NCBI RefSeq assembly: GCF_016056275.1 | Contig: NZ_JAECZA010000008.1 | Location: 1 to 64,000, forward strand | From: Dendronalium phyllosphericum CENA369 | GTDB lineage: Bacteria > Cyanobacteriota > Cyanobacteriia > Cyanobacteriales > Nostocaceae | Length of the DNA stretch: 64,000 nucleotides | Direction: 5' to 3' | Part shown: piece by piece, positions 52,820 through 63,088 of the stretch | Layout: each line of letters begins with the position of its first letter | Position numbering within the stretch: the first letter of the stretch is position 1 | Program-made: the position numbers and the translations under genes | The notes under the pieces: generated by a model | Seen by the model: only the letters and a program-made list of their open reading frames with translations | Database searches by the model: none | What the model was told of the DNA's origin: nothing

Positions 52820-53557
52820 ATGTCTGTTCATTCTAAGTTATACGAAGGCAAAGCAAAAATTCTTTATACCACAGACGATCCGGAAGTCTTGCTAGCTGAT
52901 TTTAAAGATGATGCCACTGCCTTCAACGCCCAAAAGCGCGGTACTATTCTCGGCAAGGGACAAATTAATTGTAGCATTTCCAGCCAGCTATTTAAACAAT
53001 TGGAATTAAATGGTATAAAAACTCACTATATTGACAGCCCGTCCCCAAATCAAATGCGGGTCAAGTCAGTCAAGATTTTGCCGTTAGAAGTAGTTGTGAG
53101 AAATATTGCTGCTGGTAGTCTGTGTCAGCAGACAGGATTAGCAGTAGGTACAATTTTGCAACCGCCTTTGGTAGAGTTCTATTACAAAAATGACCCATTA
53201 GGCGATCCGCTATTAACACGCGATCGCCTGCTGTTGTTGGAACTAGCCACTGCGGAACAAGTAGATGCAATTACCAATCTTGCATTGCAAATCAACAAAT
53301 TTCTCATTAGTTTTTGGTGGCAGTGTGGCATTACCTTAGTAGACTTCAAACTAGAATTTGGTTTGGACTCACAACAGCAGTTGCTTTTAGCAGATGAAAT
53401 AAGCCCCGACACTTGCCGTTTGTGGAACACAGCAGAAGCAGACCCAAACCGCCGGGTAATGGATAAAGACCGCTTCCGCCGAGATTTAGGAAATGTAGAA
53501 GATGCTTACCAGGAGGTTTTACAAAGAGTACTACAAGCAGTAGAAAGTCAAAATTAA
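52820..53557 (+). CDS. purC: Phosphoribosylaminoimidazole-succinocarboxamide synthase (SAICAR synthetase)
   Basis: N-terminus LYEGKAKILYTTDDPEVLLADFKDDATAFNAQKRG. 245 aa. Confidence 0.9.
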   Translation: MSVHSKLYEGKAKILYTTDDPEVLLADFKDDATAFNAQKRGTILGKGQINCSISSQLFKQLELNGIKTHYIDSPSPNQMRVKSVKILPLEVVVRNIAAGSLCQQTGLAVGTILQPPLVEFYYKNDPLGDPLLTRDRLLLLELATAEQVDAITNLALQINKFLISFWWQCGITLVDFKLEFGLDSQQQLLLADEISPDTCRLWNTAEADPNRRVMDKDRFRRDLGNVEDAYQEVLQRVLQAVESQN

Positions 53558-53590
53558 GTGGGCAAAATAAATTAAACTCGTGTGAATCGT

Positions 53591-53614
53591 CAGTTGTCAG
53601 TTGTCAGTTGTCAT
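53591..53614. repeat. STRR-like heptamer array (CAGTTGT ×3)
   Basis: cagttgtcagttgtcagttgtca. A second array at 53753-53783 reads ctaaccactgactactgaccactgacta. Confidence 0.6.
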
Positions 53615-53828
53615 TTGCTACTGAGCCTACTCTACCCTTCTCCTAACGGAGACGCTACGCGAACGGGAAGACTTCGTCGAACGAGAACAGCTTTGCCGAA
53701 CGGGTGACGCTCCTTCGTATGCTCATAAAGGAAACCTTTAAAACCGAACTGTCTAACCACTGACTACTGACCACTGACTAATTACTAGTTTGTGATGGTG
53801 TGTGGATGTGAAGAGGAATGTAAATAAA

Positions 53829-56288
53829 ATGCGTTTATCTCCCGTATTGATGGCGGCTGTAGCAATTACAGCGCCTTTAGGTGGTTCGCTGAGTGCAAAT
53901 GCACAAACCGCCGACAGTCTAAAACAAACAGCAGTTTTCACAGCCGCGACAAATCAGCAGCTAGAAAAGAATACCAGTCAAAATTTAGCTAACGAGATTG
54001 ACAAATCTCCTTCTCAATCAACAGAGGTTAAAACCCTTGAGGATACTCAGTTCAAAGTATTGGGAGTTATCCCTGGTAAGTCAGCAACAACAGCCAAAAT
54101 ACTGCCCACTTTAACAATTCCTACAACTGCACAAAATCCGGGGACAATCCTAAATCCTCCAACTTCCACTCCCGAAACTTTGCCCTCACCTACTGAGCAA
54201 AAAACGCCTGGGACAACAACCCCGAACACTCCAGTTCAACAACAACCTAACTCCACTCCGCAAATTTCACCCCCAGCAACCGGACAACCAACGCCTGGAA
54301 CAACAACCCCAAACGCTCCAGTTCAACAACAGCCTAACTCCACTCCCCAGATTTCACCCCCAGCAACCGGACAACCAACGCCTGGAACAACACCTGGAAC
54401 TTTTCCCAGTCAGGAATCTCCAAATGCTACCCCAGAAGCGGAAGAACCCCGCGTACTGGTGTCGGAAGTATTAGTTAGACCTCAGACAGGACAACTACCA
54501 ACGGAACTGGAGAACCAAGTTTACCAAGTAATTCGCACTCAACCAGGACGGACAACAACCCGTTCCCAGCTGCAAGAAGACATTAATGCCATATTTGGTA
54601 CTGGTTTCTTCTCCAACGTCCAGGCAGTGCCAGAAGATACTCCTTTAGGAGTGCGAGTCAGCTTTATTGTCCAACCCAACCCCGTGCTGACAAAAGTGGA
54701 AGTGCAAGCAAATCCTGGCACTGGTGTTGCTTCCGTACTTCCTGCTACAACCACAGATGAAGTCTTCCGCAACCAGTATGGTAAAATCCTCAACTTGCGT
54801 GACTTACAGGAAGGTATTAAGCAGTTAACTAAGCGCTATCAAGACCAAGGTTACGTACTGGCAAACGTGATTGGAGCGCCGCAAGTCTCTCCAAATGGAG
54901 TTGTTACCTTGCAAGTAGCAGAAGGGGTAGTAGAAAACATCAAAGTCCGGTTCCGCAATAAAGAAGGCCAGGAAACAGACGAAAAGGGACGACCAATTCG
55001 GGGTCGGACACAAGAGTATATTATTAAACGAGAATTAGAGTTAAAGCCAGGACAAGTATTCAACCGCAACACAGTCCAAAAAGACCTACAGCGAGTGTAT
55101 GGACTGGGATTATTTGAAGATGTAAATGTCTCCCTCGATCCTGGTACTGACCCTAGTAAGGTGGATGTGGTCGTAAATGTGGCTGAACGCAGCAGTGGTT
55201 CCATCGCCGCCGGTGCTGGTATTAGTTCTGCCAGCGGACTGTTTGGTACTGTTAGCTACCAGCAGCAAAACCTCAATGGTAGAAACCAAAAACTAGGAGC
55301 AGAGTTACAAGTAGGACAGCGGGAACTACTATTTGATTTGCGATTTACCGACCCTTGGATTGCAGGCGATCGCTACCGAACTTCTTACACAACTAATGTT
55401 TTCCGTCGCAGTTCCATTTCGTTGATTTTTGACGGTCAAGACGAGGATATTAGAACTTATCGAGTCGGACAGACAGATGAAGGCGATCGCCCCCGCGTTC
55501 TGCGTCTAGGTGGCGGTGTCACTTTTACTCGTCCTCTTTCCGGCAATCCCTACGAAAGATCCGAATGGACAGCTTCAGCAGGTTTGCAATATCAAAGAGT
55601 TTCCACCCGCGATGCCGATGGCAACATCAGAAAACAGGGAGCGATTCTTGATGATAACGGAAATATTGTTAGGGGACAACCAATCGACCTCAGCTTTTCT
55701 GGGGAAGGCGAAGACGATTTACTGCTATTGCAATTGGGGGCACAACGCGATCGCCGCAACAATCCTTTGCAACCCACCAACGGTTCTTATCTCCGCTTCG
55801 GTGTCGATCAGTCAGTACCCATAGGAACAGGTAACATTTTGCTTACCAGATTGCGAGGTAGTTACAGTCAATATTTCCCTGTCAACTTTATTCGACTCGG
55901 CAAAGGGCCACAAACCCTGGCATTTAACTTGCAAGGAGGAACTATCCTTGGTGACTTGCCTCCCTACGAAGCCTTTACCCTCGGTGGTAGCAACTCCGTT
56001 CGGGGTTATGAAGAAGGTGCATTAAGTAGCGGACGCAGTTATGTACAAGCATCTGTCGAGTATCGCTTCCCAGTTTTCTCAGTCGTCAGTGGCGCACTAT
56101 TCTTTGATGTGGGCAGCGACCTAGGAACCAGTACTGAAGCAGCCCGATTGTTAGAAAAAAATGGTACAGGCTACGGCTATGGTCTAGGGGTGCGCGTACA
56201 GTCACCATTAGGCCCTATTCGCATTGACTATGGTATCAACGATGACGGTGATAGCCGCATTAACTTTGGTATTGGTGAAAGGTTTTAA
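53829..56288 (+). CDS. bamA: Omp85/BamA-family outer-membrane protein with N-terminal Pro/Thr-rich region and POTRA domains
   Basis: Signal peptide MRLSPVLMAAVAITAPLGGSLSANAQ. Pro-rich linker; POTRA region; C-terminal beta-barrel ending ...RINFGIGERF (aromatic terminal residue). The start is placed at the internal Met at 53829. Confidence 0.85.
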   Translation: MRLSPVLMAAVAITAPLGGSLSANAQTADSLKQTAVFTAATNQQLEKNTSQNLANEIDKSPSQSTEVKTLEDTQFKVLGVIPGKSATTAKILPTLTIPTTAQNPGTILNPPTSTPETLPSPTEQKTPGTTTPNTPVQQQPNSTPQISPPATGQPTPGTTTPNAPVQQQPNSTPQISPPATGQPTPGTTPGTFPSQESPNATPEAEEPRVLVSEVLVRPQTGQLPTELENQVYQVIRTQPGRTTTRSQLQEDINAIFGTGFFSNVQAVPEDTPLGVRVSFIVQPNPVLTKVEVQANPGTGVASVLPATTTDEVFRNQYGKILNLRDLQEGIKQLTKRYQDQGYVLANVIGAPQVSPNGVVTLQVAEGVVENIKVRFRNKEGQETDEKGRPIRGRTQEYIIKRELELKPGQVFNRNTVQKDLQRVYGLGLFEDVNVSLDPGTDPSKVDVVVNVAERSSGSIAAGAGISSASGLFGTVSYQQQNLNGRNQKLGAELQVGQRELLFDLRFTDPWIAGDRYRTSYTTNVFRRSSISLIFDGQDEDIRTYRVGQTDEGDRPRVLRLGGGVTFTRPLSGNPYERSEWTASAGLQYQRVSTRDADGNIRKQGAILDDNGNIVRGQPIDLSFSGEGEDDLLLLQLGAQRDRRNNPLQPTNGSYLRFGVDQSVPIGTGNILLTRLRGSYSQYFPVNFIRLGKGPQTLAFNLQGGTILGDLPPYEAFTLGGSNSVRGYEEGALSSGRSYVQASVEYRFPVFSVVSGALFFDVGSDLGTSTEAARLLEKNGTGYGYGLGVRVQSPLGPIRIDYGINDDGDSRINFGIGERF
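54207..54400 (+). repeat. Intragenic 87-nt (29-aa) tandem duplication in the bamA Pro-rich linker (2 full copies plus a partial third)
   Basis: PGTTTPN[TA]PVQQQPNSTPQISPPATGQPT ×2. The nucleotide copies are ~93% identical. Confidence 0.7.
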
Positions 56289-56442
56289 CATTGTCAGTTG
56301 TCAGTAATTATTTATGTGTAATGTGAATTGAGTGATGAAATCCTTGTAAATTCGTCGATGGTTCCAAAACCAAGATTTTTAACAAGTCTTGAAACCCTTA
56401 TGGAAAAAGAGACTTTTTTAATTCACATTAGGCGTTATTTGC

Positions 56443-56487
56443 TACTGACAACTGACGACTGACGACTGACAACTGACCATTGACTAA
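56443..56487. repeat. STRR-like heptamer array (GACAACT/GACGACT units) 3' of bamA; short array also at 56289-56305
   Basis: ctactgacaactgacgactgacgactgacaactgaccattgacta. Confidence 0.6.
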
Positions 56488-56549
56488 TCAGGGGCTTTGC
56501 CAAAACTTCACATGAATGATACAAATCTAAATATACTTACTTTTCACTC

Positions 56550-57401
56550 ATGCAACAGCACACTATAGCAGCGGAAATCGCCGCAACTGGAGTGGGACTG
56601 CATAGCGGTGTCAATACCCATGTGCGGATATTACCAGCTGATGCTGGAAGCGGACGCTACTTTGTGCGGGTGGATTTGCCGGATTTACCGATAATTCCAG
56701 CCCAAGTTGCGGCAGTAAACCAGACTGTTCTTTCAACTCAGTTAGGTAAAGGTGAGACATATGTTCGCACAGTAGAGCATTTATTGGCAGCGCTAGTAGG
56801 TATGGGTGTGGATAACGCCCGCATTGAAATTGATGGCCCTGAATTACCACTTATAGATGGTTCGGCACAAGTGTGGACAGCCAGCATCGCTCAAGTTGGC
56901 TTAGTCTCACAACCAGTTACTAACAGCCAAAGAAACTTGGCTGTTAAAGAGCCGATATGGATCTATCAAGACGATGCCTTTGTTTGTGCCCTCCCAGCAA
57001 CGGAAACTCGCTTTAGTTACGGTATCGACTTCGATCTGTCCGCTATTGGTAATCAATGGCATAGTTGGTCGCTTCCTGCCGAGCTAGAAAAAGCTGCTGC
57101 TAGCTTTGCTACGGAAATTGCTCCCGCCCGTACTTTTGGTTTACTGCATCAAATTGAATACTTACAAAAAACAGGATTAATTAAAGGTGGCAGTTTGGAT
57201 AATGCACTCGTTTGCGGCCCTGAAGGTTGGGTAAATCCACCATTAAGATTTGCAAATGAGCCAGTCCGTCATAAAATCTTGGATTTAGTAGGAGATTTGA
57301 GTTTATTGGGAACTTTTCCTCAGGCTCATTTCTTAGCGTACAAAGCCAGCCATAATTTACATATTCAACTGGCCCAGAAAATTTTAGATTCTGGATTTTA
57401 G
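56550..57401 (+). CDS. lpxC: UDP-3-O-acyl-N-acetylglucosamine deacetylase
   Basis: N-terminus [26 protein letters not shown]. The [10 protein letters not shown] motif. Confidence 0.9.
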   Translation: MQQHTIAAEIAATGVGLHSGVNTHVRILPADAGSGRYFVRVDLPDLPIIPAQVAAVNQTVLSTQLGKGETYVRTVEHLLAALVGMGVDNARIEIDGPELPLIDGSAQVWTASIAQVGLVSQPVTNSQRNLAVKEPIWIYQDDAFVCALPATETRFSYGIDFDLSAIGNQWHSWSLPAELEKAAASFATEIAPARTFGLLHQIEYLQKTGLIKGGSLDNALVCGPEGWVNPPLRFANEPVRHKILDLVGDLSLLGTFPQAHFLAYKASHNLHIQLAQKILDSGF

Positions 57402-57494
57402 ATTTTGGATTTGGATTTAATTTAAAATCCAAGATGATTAAAGGTTTCAGCGTACAACTACTTTAAATCCCAGATTCAAAAAACCACACTGCCC

Positions 57495-58025
57495 ATGTCA
57501 ATCCTTACCCAAGTAAATAATACTGATACTACTGCTCCTACATCTGACGAACAACAGGCTACTAATGAGACTAAAACCACATCCGAGGTCAAAACTACTC
57601 TCACATCGGAAGAAATTCAGCGACTACTACCCCACCGTTATCCATTTTTACTTGTAGACAAAATAATTGACTATGTACCAGGAAAACTGGCTGTAGGCGT
57701 TAAAAACGTTACTGTTAACGAACCTCAATTTCAAGGACATTTCCCAGGAAGACCACTGATGCCAGGAGTATTGATTGTAGAAGCGATGGCACAAGTCGGG
57801 GGTATTGTTTTGAAGCAGCTACCTGGATTTGAAGATGGACTGTTCGTTTTTGCTGGTATCGATAAAGTCCGCTTTCGCCGCCAAGTAGTACCAGGAGATC
57901 AACTAGTAATGACGGTGGAACTGTTAACAGTAAAACAACGTCGTTTCGGTAAGATGCAAGCCCGTGCCGAGGTGGACGGTCAGCTAGCTGCTGAGGGGGA
58001 ATTGATGTTTTCTTTGATTAACTAA
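57495..58025 (+). CDS. fabZ: 3-hydroxyacyl-ACP dehydratase FabZ (with N-terminal low-complexity extension)
   Basis: [17 protein letters not shown]...[25 protein letters not shown]. Confidence 0.9.
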   Translation: MSILTQVNNTDTTAPTSDEQQATNETKTTSEVKTTLTSEEIQRLLPHRYPFLLVDKIIDYVPGKLAVGVKNVTVNEPQFQGHFPGRPLMPGVLIVEAMAQVGGIVLKQLPGFEDGLFVFAGIDKVRFRRQVVPGDQLVMTVELLTVKQRRFGKMQARAEVDGQLAAEGELMFSLIN

Positions 58026-58271
58026 AAATTTACCCTGTAAGTATGGGTACAGCCGTGATGTGCCCTTACTTAATCCTGAATCAGGATAGCAGTAAAAAAA
58101 CAATCCATAACAGCATTTTAAAATTTCTTGATTTTTGGCTTTCTCACACGAACTTGCTTTGCCCGACGCTTTCGGTCACTGAATACTCACACACTCAGCA
58201 ACGCCAGTCGCCTCAACTTTGACAATCAAAGCATAGCGCTGGCTCTCAAAGACAGTTCTGGAGATTCACCC

Positions 58272-59090
58272 TTGAAGACGCTTATTCATCCAACTGCTGT
58301 AATTCATCCTAAGTCGGAACTCCACCCAACAGTGGAAGTCGGAGCCTATGCTGTGATTGGAGCGCATGTCAAAGTCGGGCCTGAGACCATCATTGGCCCT
58401 CATGTCGTGCTGGAAGGGCCTTGTGAAATAGGGGCACGAAATCAGTTTTTTCCAGGTGCAGCTATCGGTATGGAACCCCAGGATCTCAAATTTGTCGGAG
58501 AACCTACGTGGGTCAAAATTGGCGATAATAACGTGATTCGTGAGTACGTCACCATTAACCGCGCCACTGGTGCAGGTGAAGCAACGGTGATTGGTAATAA
58601 CAACCTACTGATGGCTTATGTCCATGTAGCTCACAACTGCGTTATAGAAGACTCTGTAGTGATTGCTAACTCTGTGGCCTTAGCGGGTCATGTCCATATA
58701 GAATCGCGGGCAAGGTTGAGCGGAGTTTTAGGTGTCCATCAATTTGTGCATATCGGTGGTATGGCAATGGTGGGTGGCTTGGCGCGTATTGACCGAGATG
58801 TGCCACCTTACATGCTTGTCGAGGGAAATCCAGCACGAGTGCGAACCCTAAATCTTGTGGGACTCAAACGTTCTGGGATGAACTCAAGCGACCTGCAAAT
58901 TCTCAAAAAAGCCTTCCGCGTTCTCTACCGTTCTAGTTTAACTTTTAAGGATGCCTTAGAACAACTAGAACAACTAGGAGAAACAGAACAACTGCAACAC
59001 TTACGTCGCTTTCTGCTACTTTCTCAGATGTCAGGAAGGCGTGGTTTGATTCCTGGCAAAAAAAATAAAGCAAGCCTGATTGATGAATGA
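58272..59090 (+). CDS. lpxA: Acyl-ACP–UDP-N-acetylglucosamine O-acyltransferase
   Basis: Left-handed beta-helix hexapeptide repeats beginning (L/M)KTLIHPTAVIHPKSELHPTVEVGAYAVIG. The start is assigned to the TTG at 58272; the upstream part of the ORF lacks LpxA-like sequence. Confidence 0.8.
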   Translation: MKTLIHPTAVIHPKSELHPTVEVGAYAVIGAHVKVGPETIIGPHVVLEGPCEIGARNQFFPGAAIGMEPQDLKFVGEPTWVKIGDNNVIREYVTINRATGAGEATVIGNNNLLMAYVHVAHNCVIEDSVVIANSVALAGHVHIESRARLSGVLGVHQFVHIGGMAMVGGLARIDRDVPPYMLVEGNPARVRTLNLVGLKRSGMNSSDLQILKKAFRVLYRSSLTFKDALEQLEQLGETEQLQHLRRFLLLSQMSGRRGLIPGKKNKASLIDE

Positions 59091-59207
59091 CTAGTTAGGA
59101 GTTAGGAACTGTGAGTTATGAATTAAATTCAAATCCTAACTTGATTTGTGGGCGAACAACCATTCGCCCCTACTGGCTACTAATTATTATTAATTACCAA
59201 TTACCAA

Positions 59208-60380
59208 ATGCGGATATTTATCAGCACTGGCGAGGTGTCTGGCGACTTGCAAGGAGCGTTGCTGATCGCAGCGGTGAAGCGTCAGGCTGCTGGTTTGCAA
59301 TTAGAGATTGTGGGTTTAGGCGGCGAAAAGATGGCACAAGCAGGGGCAACTATTTTAGGCAATACCAGTGGTATTGGCTCAATGGGTTTGATAGAATCCC
59401 TGCCTTACATATTGCCTACTCTTTTGGTGCAACGGCAAGCGATCGCCTACCTCAAGCAAAATCCCCCAGACTTAGTAGTGCTGATTGACTATATGGGGCC
59501 AAATCTCGGCATTGGTACTTTTATGCAAAAGCACCTGCCACAAGTGCCTGTGGTGTATTACATTGCCCCTCAAGAGTGGGTGTGGTCGGTCAGTTTGCGT
59601 AATACTTCCCGAATTGTCAATTTTACAGACAAACTTTTAGCAATCTTCCCACAAGAAGCCCGTTATTTTCGCGCTAACGGCGCAAATGTGAGTTGGGTAG
59701 GGCATCCTCTCATCGACCGAATGCAAAGTGCTCCCAGTCGCCTAGAAGCGCGTGCTAAATTGGGTATTGAACCAGAACAGATAGCGATCGCTCTTTTACC
59801 CGCCTCTCGCCGTCAAGAACTAAAATATCTTTTACCAGTAATTTTTCAAGCTGCCCAAACTATTCAAGCGAAATTACCTGAAGTTCATTTTTGGATTCCT
59901 CTGTCTCTAGAAGTTTATAGACAGCCGATTGAAGAAGCGATTAAGCGTTACGGTTTACGGGCTACAGTTGTATCAGAACAACAAAAGGAAGTATTTGCTG
60001 CTGCTGATTTTGCTATTACCAAATCTGGCACTGTCAACCTGGAACTAGCTTTGTTAAATGTGCCGCAAGTTGTAGTTTATCGCTTGAATCCCGTTACTGT
60101 TTGGATTGCCCGAAAAATTCTCAAAGGTTCCATACCCTTTGCTTCGCCAACCAATTTGGTAGTAATGAAGCCGATTGTGCCAGAGTTGTTACAAGAGCAG
60201 GCGACACCAGAGAATATTACCCAAGCAGCAATGGAATTACTACTCAATCCCGATCGCAGACAGCAAACCTTAGCAGATTATGCCCAAATGCGGCGCTGTT
60301 TGGGAGAAGTTGGAGTGTGCGATCGCGCTGCTCAAGAAATTTTGCAAATGCTAGATAAAGTGGTAAAGGATGAAGTATGA
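59208..60380 (+). CDS. lpxB: Lipid-A-disaccharide synthase
   Basis: N-terminus MRIFISTGEVSGDLQGALLIAA. GT19 fold. 390 aa. Confidence 0.9.
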   Translation: MRIFISTGEVSGDLQGALLIAAVKRQAAGLQLEIVGLGGEKMAQAGATILGNTSGIGSMGLIESLPYILPTLLVQRQAIAYLKQNPPDLVVLIDYMGPNLGIGTFMQKHLPQVPVVYYIAPQEWVWSVSLRNTSRIVNFTDKLLAIFPQEARYFRANGANVSWVGHPLIDRMQSAPSRLEARAKLGIEPEQIAIALLPASRRQELKYLLPVIFQAAQTIQAKLPEVHFWIPLSLEVYRQPIEEAIKRYGLRATVVSEQQKEVFAAADFAITKSGTVNLELALLNVPQVVVYRLNPVTVWIARKILKGSIPFASPTNLVVMKPIVPELLQEQATPENITQAAMELLLNPDRRQQTLADYAQMRRCLGEVGVCDRAAQEILQMLDKVVKDEV

Positions 60381-60439
60381 AAGATCGAGGATGAAGTGTA
60401 AAATTTCATCCTTTGTACTTCACACTTTTTGTTTGGGTC

Positions 60440-61699
60440 ATGGCTCATCAGATAAGAAAGCAACGGCCGATCGCAGTTGACTTGTTTGCAGGTGCAGGTG
60501 GCATGAGCCTTGGCTTTGAACAAGCTGGTTTTGATGTGCTGGCATCTGTGGAAATCGACCCCATTCACTGTGCCACACACGAGTTTAACTTTCCTTCGTG
60601 CTCTGTGTTGTGCAAGAGCGTTGTAGATACAACGGCAAAAGAGATTCGCAATAGATCGGAAATTGGCGATCGCGAAATTGATGCGGTCATTTGTGGTAGT
60701 CCCTGTCAAGGATTTTCATTAATCGGTAAACGAGCTTTTGACGACCCGCGAAATTCTTTAGTATTTCATTTTCATCGGCTGGTTTTGGAGCTAAAACCAA
60801 AGTTTTTTGTCATGGAAAATGTTCGAGGCATCACTGTCGGCGAACACAAAAAAATTCTTCAAACTTTAATTAGCGAGTTTCAAAATAAAGGCTATCAAGT
60901 TGAAGAAAATTACCAAGTTCTCAACGCTGCTCATTATGGAGTCCCACAGTCACGAGAACGATTATTTTTAATTGGAGCAAGGGAGGATGTGGAGTTACCA
61001 AAATATCCTCAGCCAATTACTCAAGCTGCCAAACCAAATGATTCTGTCAATCAAAAGTTGTCTGCACTTCCAATTGGCCCGACAGTACGGGATGCGATCG
61101 GAGATTTACCAGAAGTAGAAAAATACTCAGAGTTACTGAAAAGAGACTGGGTAATTGCAGAGTATGGCAAACCTAGTAATTACGCTCAGACACTTCGTTG
61201 TCATAGTACTTTAGAGGATGATTATTCCTACCAACGTGAATTTAATTACCAAATTCTCTCTTCAAGTCTAAGAACAAAACATACGCTCTCTACTATTGAA
61301 CGCTTTGCTGCTACGACTCAAGGAGAAAGAGAGCCAATTAGTCGTTTCCATAAACTGCATCCTGCTGGCGTATGCAACACTCTGCGAGCCGGCACAGACC
61401 AGTCTAAAGGTTCTTTTACTTCTCCACGACCGATTCATCCATTTATACCCCGTTGCATTACAGTCAGAGAAGCAGCAAGACTACATTCTTACCCAGACTG
61501 GTTTAGATTTCATGTCACCAAATGGCATGGATTCCGGCAAGTTGGTAACTCTGTACCACCACTACTCGCAAAGGCTGTAGCATCAGAGATTATTCGTAGT
61601 TTGAATATCTCACCTTTCAAATCTAGTTTTTGCCAGCAGATAGGAGATGAAAAGCTACTACAACTTAATATGTCGCAAGCAGCACAACGTTACTATTAG
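60440..61699 (+). CDS. DNA (cytosine-5)-methyltransferase, no cognate endonuclease evident
   Basis: Motif I DLFAGAGGMSLGF, motif IV GSPCQGFS, motif VI ENVRG, motif VIII QSRERLFLIG. The C-terminal TRD and motif X are present. The start is placed at the ATG at 60440. Confidence 0.85.
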   Translation: MAHQIRKQRPIAVDLFAGAGGMSLGFEQAGFDVLASVEIDPIHCATHEFNFPSCSVLCKSVVDTTAKEIRNRSEIGDREIDAVICGSPCQGFSLIGKRAFDDPRNSLVFHFHRLVLELKPKFFVMENVRGITVGEHKKILQTLISEFQNKGYQVEENYQVLNAAHYGVPQSRERLFLIGAREDVELPKYPQPITQAAKPNDSVNQKLSALPIGPTVRDAIGDLPEVEKYSELLKRDWVIAEYGKPSNYAQTLRCHSTLEDDYSYQREFNYQILSSSLRTKHTLSTIERFAATTQGEREPISRFHKLHPAGVCNTLRAGTDQSKGSFTSPRPIHPFIPRCITVREAARLHSYPDWFRFHVTKWHGFRQVGNSVPPLLAKAVASEIIRSLNISPFKSSFCQQIGDEKLLQLNMSQAAQRYY

Positions 61700-61905
61700 A
61701 TTGCTTCTCCACTACTACCCAATTTTCTCTTTAGTATCTGTTCCATTTCCTTCAAATCTTCATTAGTCTGAGGAAATGGATATATTGGACTATTAGGACT
61801 TCCCCGTTCGATCAAAGCCTCAATTGCCTCATCATCCTCGCGGTGAGCCAAAACGTATGCTCTAAGTTCTTTACGGGACATTTTACTAAAATCAGGCTTC
61901 GTCAT
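61696..61905 (-). CDS. Small conserved hypothetical protein
   Basis: 69-aa ORF convergent with the MTase. No motif recognised. Confidence 0.4.
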   Translation of the reverse strand: MTKPDFSKMSRKELRAYVLAHREDDEAIEALIERGSPNSPIYPFPQTNEDLKEMEQILKRKLGSSGEAI

Positions 61906-62022
61906 CGTTACACTTTGCGCTCCTCTGCGCTCAACTCTGCGCGACGGCAGTCGCTACAATGGGGGGAACCCCCACAACGCGCTGCCTCCCCTTTGCGTTT
62001 TAATTTCACCCCTCACTATGTA

Positions 62023-62988
62023 CTAAGTCCAAGCACGGAAAAATGTACTATCTTCCCAGATATCAGCGGTTTGTTGAGCGATCGCAATCAATTGTTTCTT
62101 ATTAAGAAGCTGAAAAGCACGCGCTATTTTGACATTATCTTCTAATTGTGCGACTGTTTCCGCAGCAATTACGCAACAATGAACCCCAGGCTGAGACAGT
62201 GCATATCCCAAAGCTTGCTGCATACCTGCTAATCCCCCTGGTTTAAATAGCCGTCCGTAAGCTGGGACTTTCATCGCAATTACGCCGACATTTTTTTCTT
62301 GCGCTACTGGTAGAACTACTGGGATGAACGGACGAGGGTGGTGTTTGTCCGCAGCATTCACAGGAATCAGGGTAGTGTGGAAAGGATAGCGACGCAATCC
62401 TTCAGCAATCACTTGCGGATCGTGATGTCCGGTAATACCTGCGAAGCGCACAAGTTTCTGCCCAATTGCTTCTTCTAAAGCTTTAATTGCGCCAGATTTA
62501 CTAAAAATGGTGTCGAGTTCTTGAGCAAAAGAAACGTGATGTAACTGCCATAAATCGAGATAATCTGTATTGAGACGTTTAAGCGATCGCTCCAATTCTC
62601 GCCATGCACCATCGCGATCTCTTTTATCTGTCTTACTGGTTAAAAATAGCTTTGAGCGATGAGGTGGTAAAACTTTACCTAAATAATCTTCACTAGGGCC
62701 ATAACTAGCCGCAGTATCAAAGTAACTGATGCCAAGTTCCAGCGCTTTCTCAATAATCGCCACAGCATCGCGCTCTTTTCCTTCCCAAGATAGCGGCGTT
62801 TGTCCTGCTCCTCCCAAGCCGAAGATAGGTACTTTTACTTGCGTGCGTCCTAGTACTCTCTCTGGCATACTTGCTGGTGGTGTAGCGGTGTTAGCAGCAT
62901 TTTTTTGCAAAGCAGTAGTTGTCACAATACCCCCAGTGACAGCAACACTGGTGATTAAGAAATTACGCCGTGTCTGTCTTTCTGTCAT
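62023..62988 (-). CDS. Aldo/keto reductase with Tat signal peptide
   Basis: Twin-arginine motif TRRNFLI. AKR motifs FDTAASYG and GITGHHDP. Confidence 0.8.
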   Translation of the reverse strand: MTERQTRRNFLITSVAVTGGIVTTTALQKNAANTATPPASMPERVLGRTQVKVPIFGLGGAGQTPLSWEGKERDAVAIIEKALELGISYFDTAASYGPSEDYLGKVLPPHRSKLFLTSKTDKRDRDGAWRELERSLKRLNTDYLDLWQLHHVSFAQELDTIFSKSGAIKALEEAIGQKLVRFAGITGHHDPQVIAEGLRRYPFHTTLIPVNAADKHHPRPFIPVVLPVAQEKNVGVIAMKVPAYGRLFKPGGLAGMQQALGYALSQPGVHCCVIAAETVAQLEDNVKIARAFQLLNKKQLIAIAQQTADIWEDSTFFRAWT

Positions 62989-63088
62989 GATTGGCTTTAG
63001 CTAAATCGCTTCTCTTATGTTAGCGAGGGATACCATGATGGTGAGCGATCGCACTTATTTTTTAGCTTAACCTTGAAGTGCGATCGCC

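Noticed and set aside
53581-56492. The heptamer arrays and the tandem repeat in bamA as a possible CRISPR array
   Set aside because: The units are 7 nt (STRR type), or an 87-nt coding duplication. There is no repeat-spacer architecture and no cas genes in the window.
58128-58271. The upstream 48 codons of the lpxA ORF
   Set aside because: The sequence (MIFGFLTRTCFARRFRSLNTHTLSNASRLNFDNQ…) has no LpxA similarity, whereas the canonical hexapeptide-repeat N-terminus begins at the TTG at 58272. It is likely read-through of the intergenic spacer.
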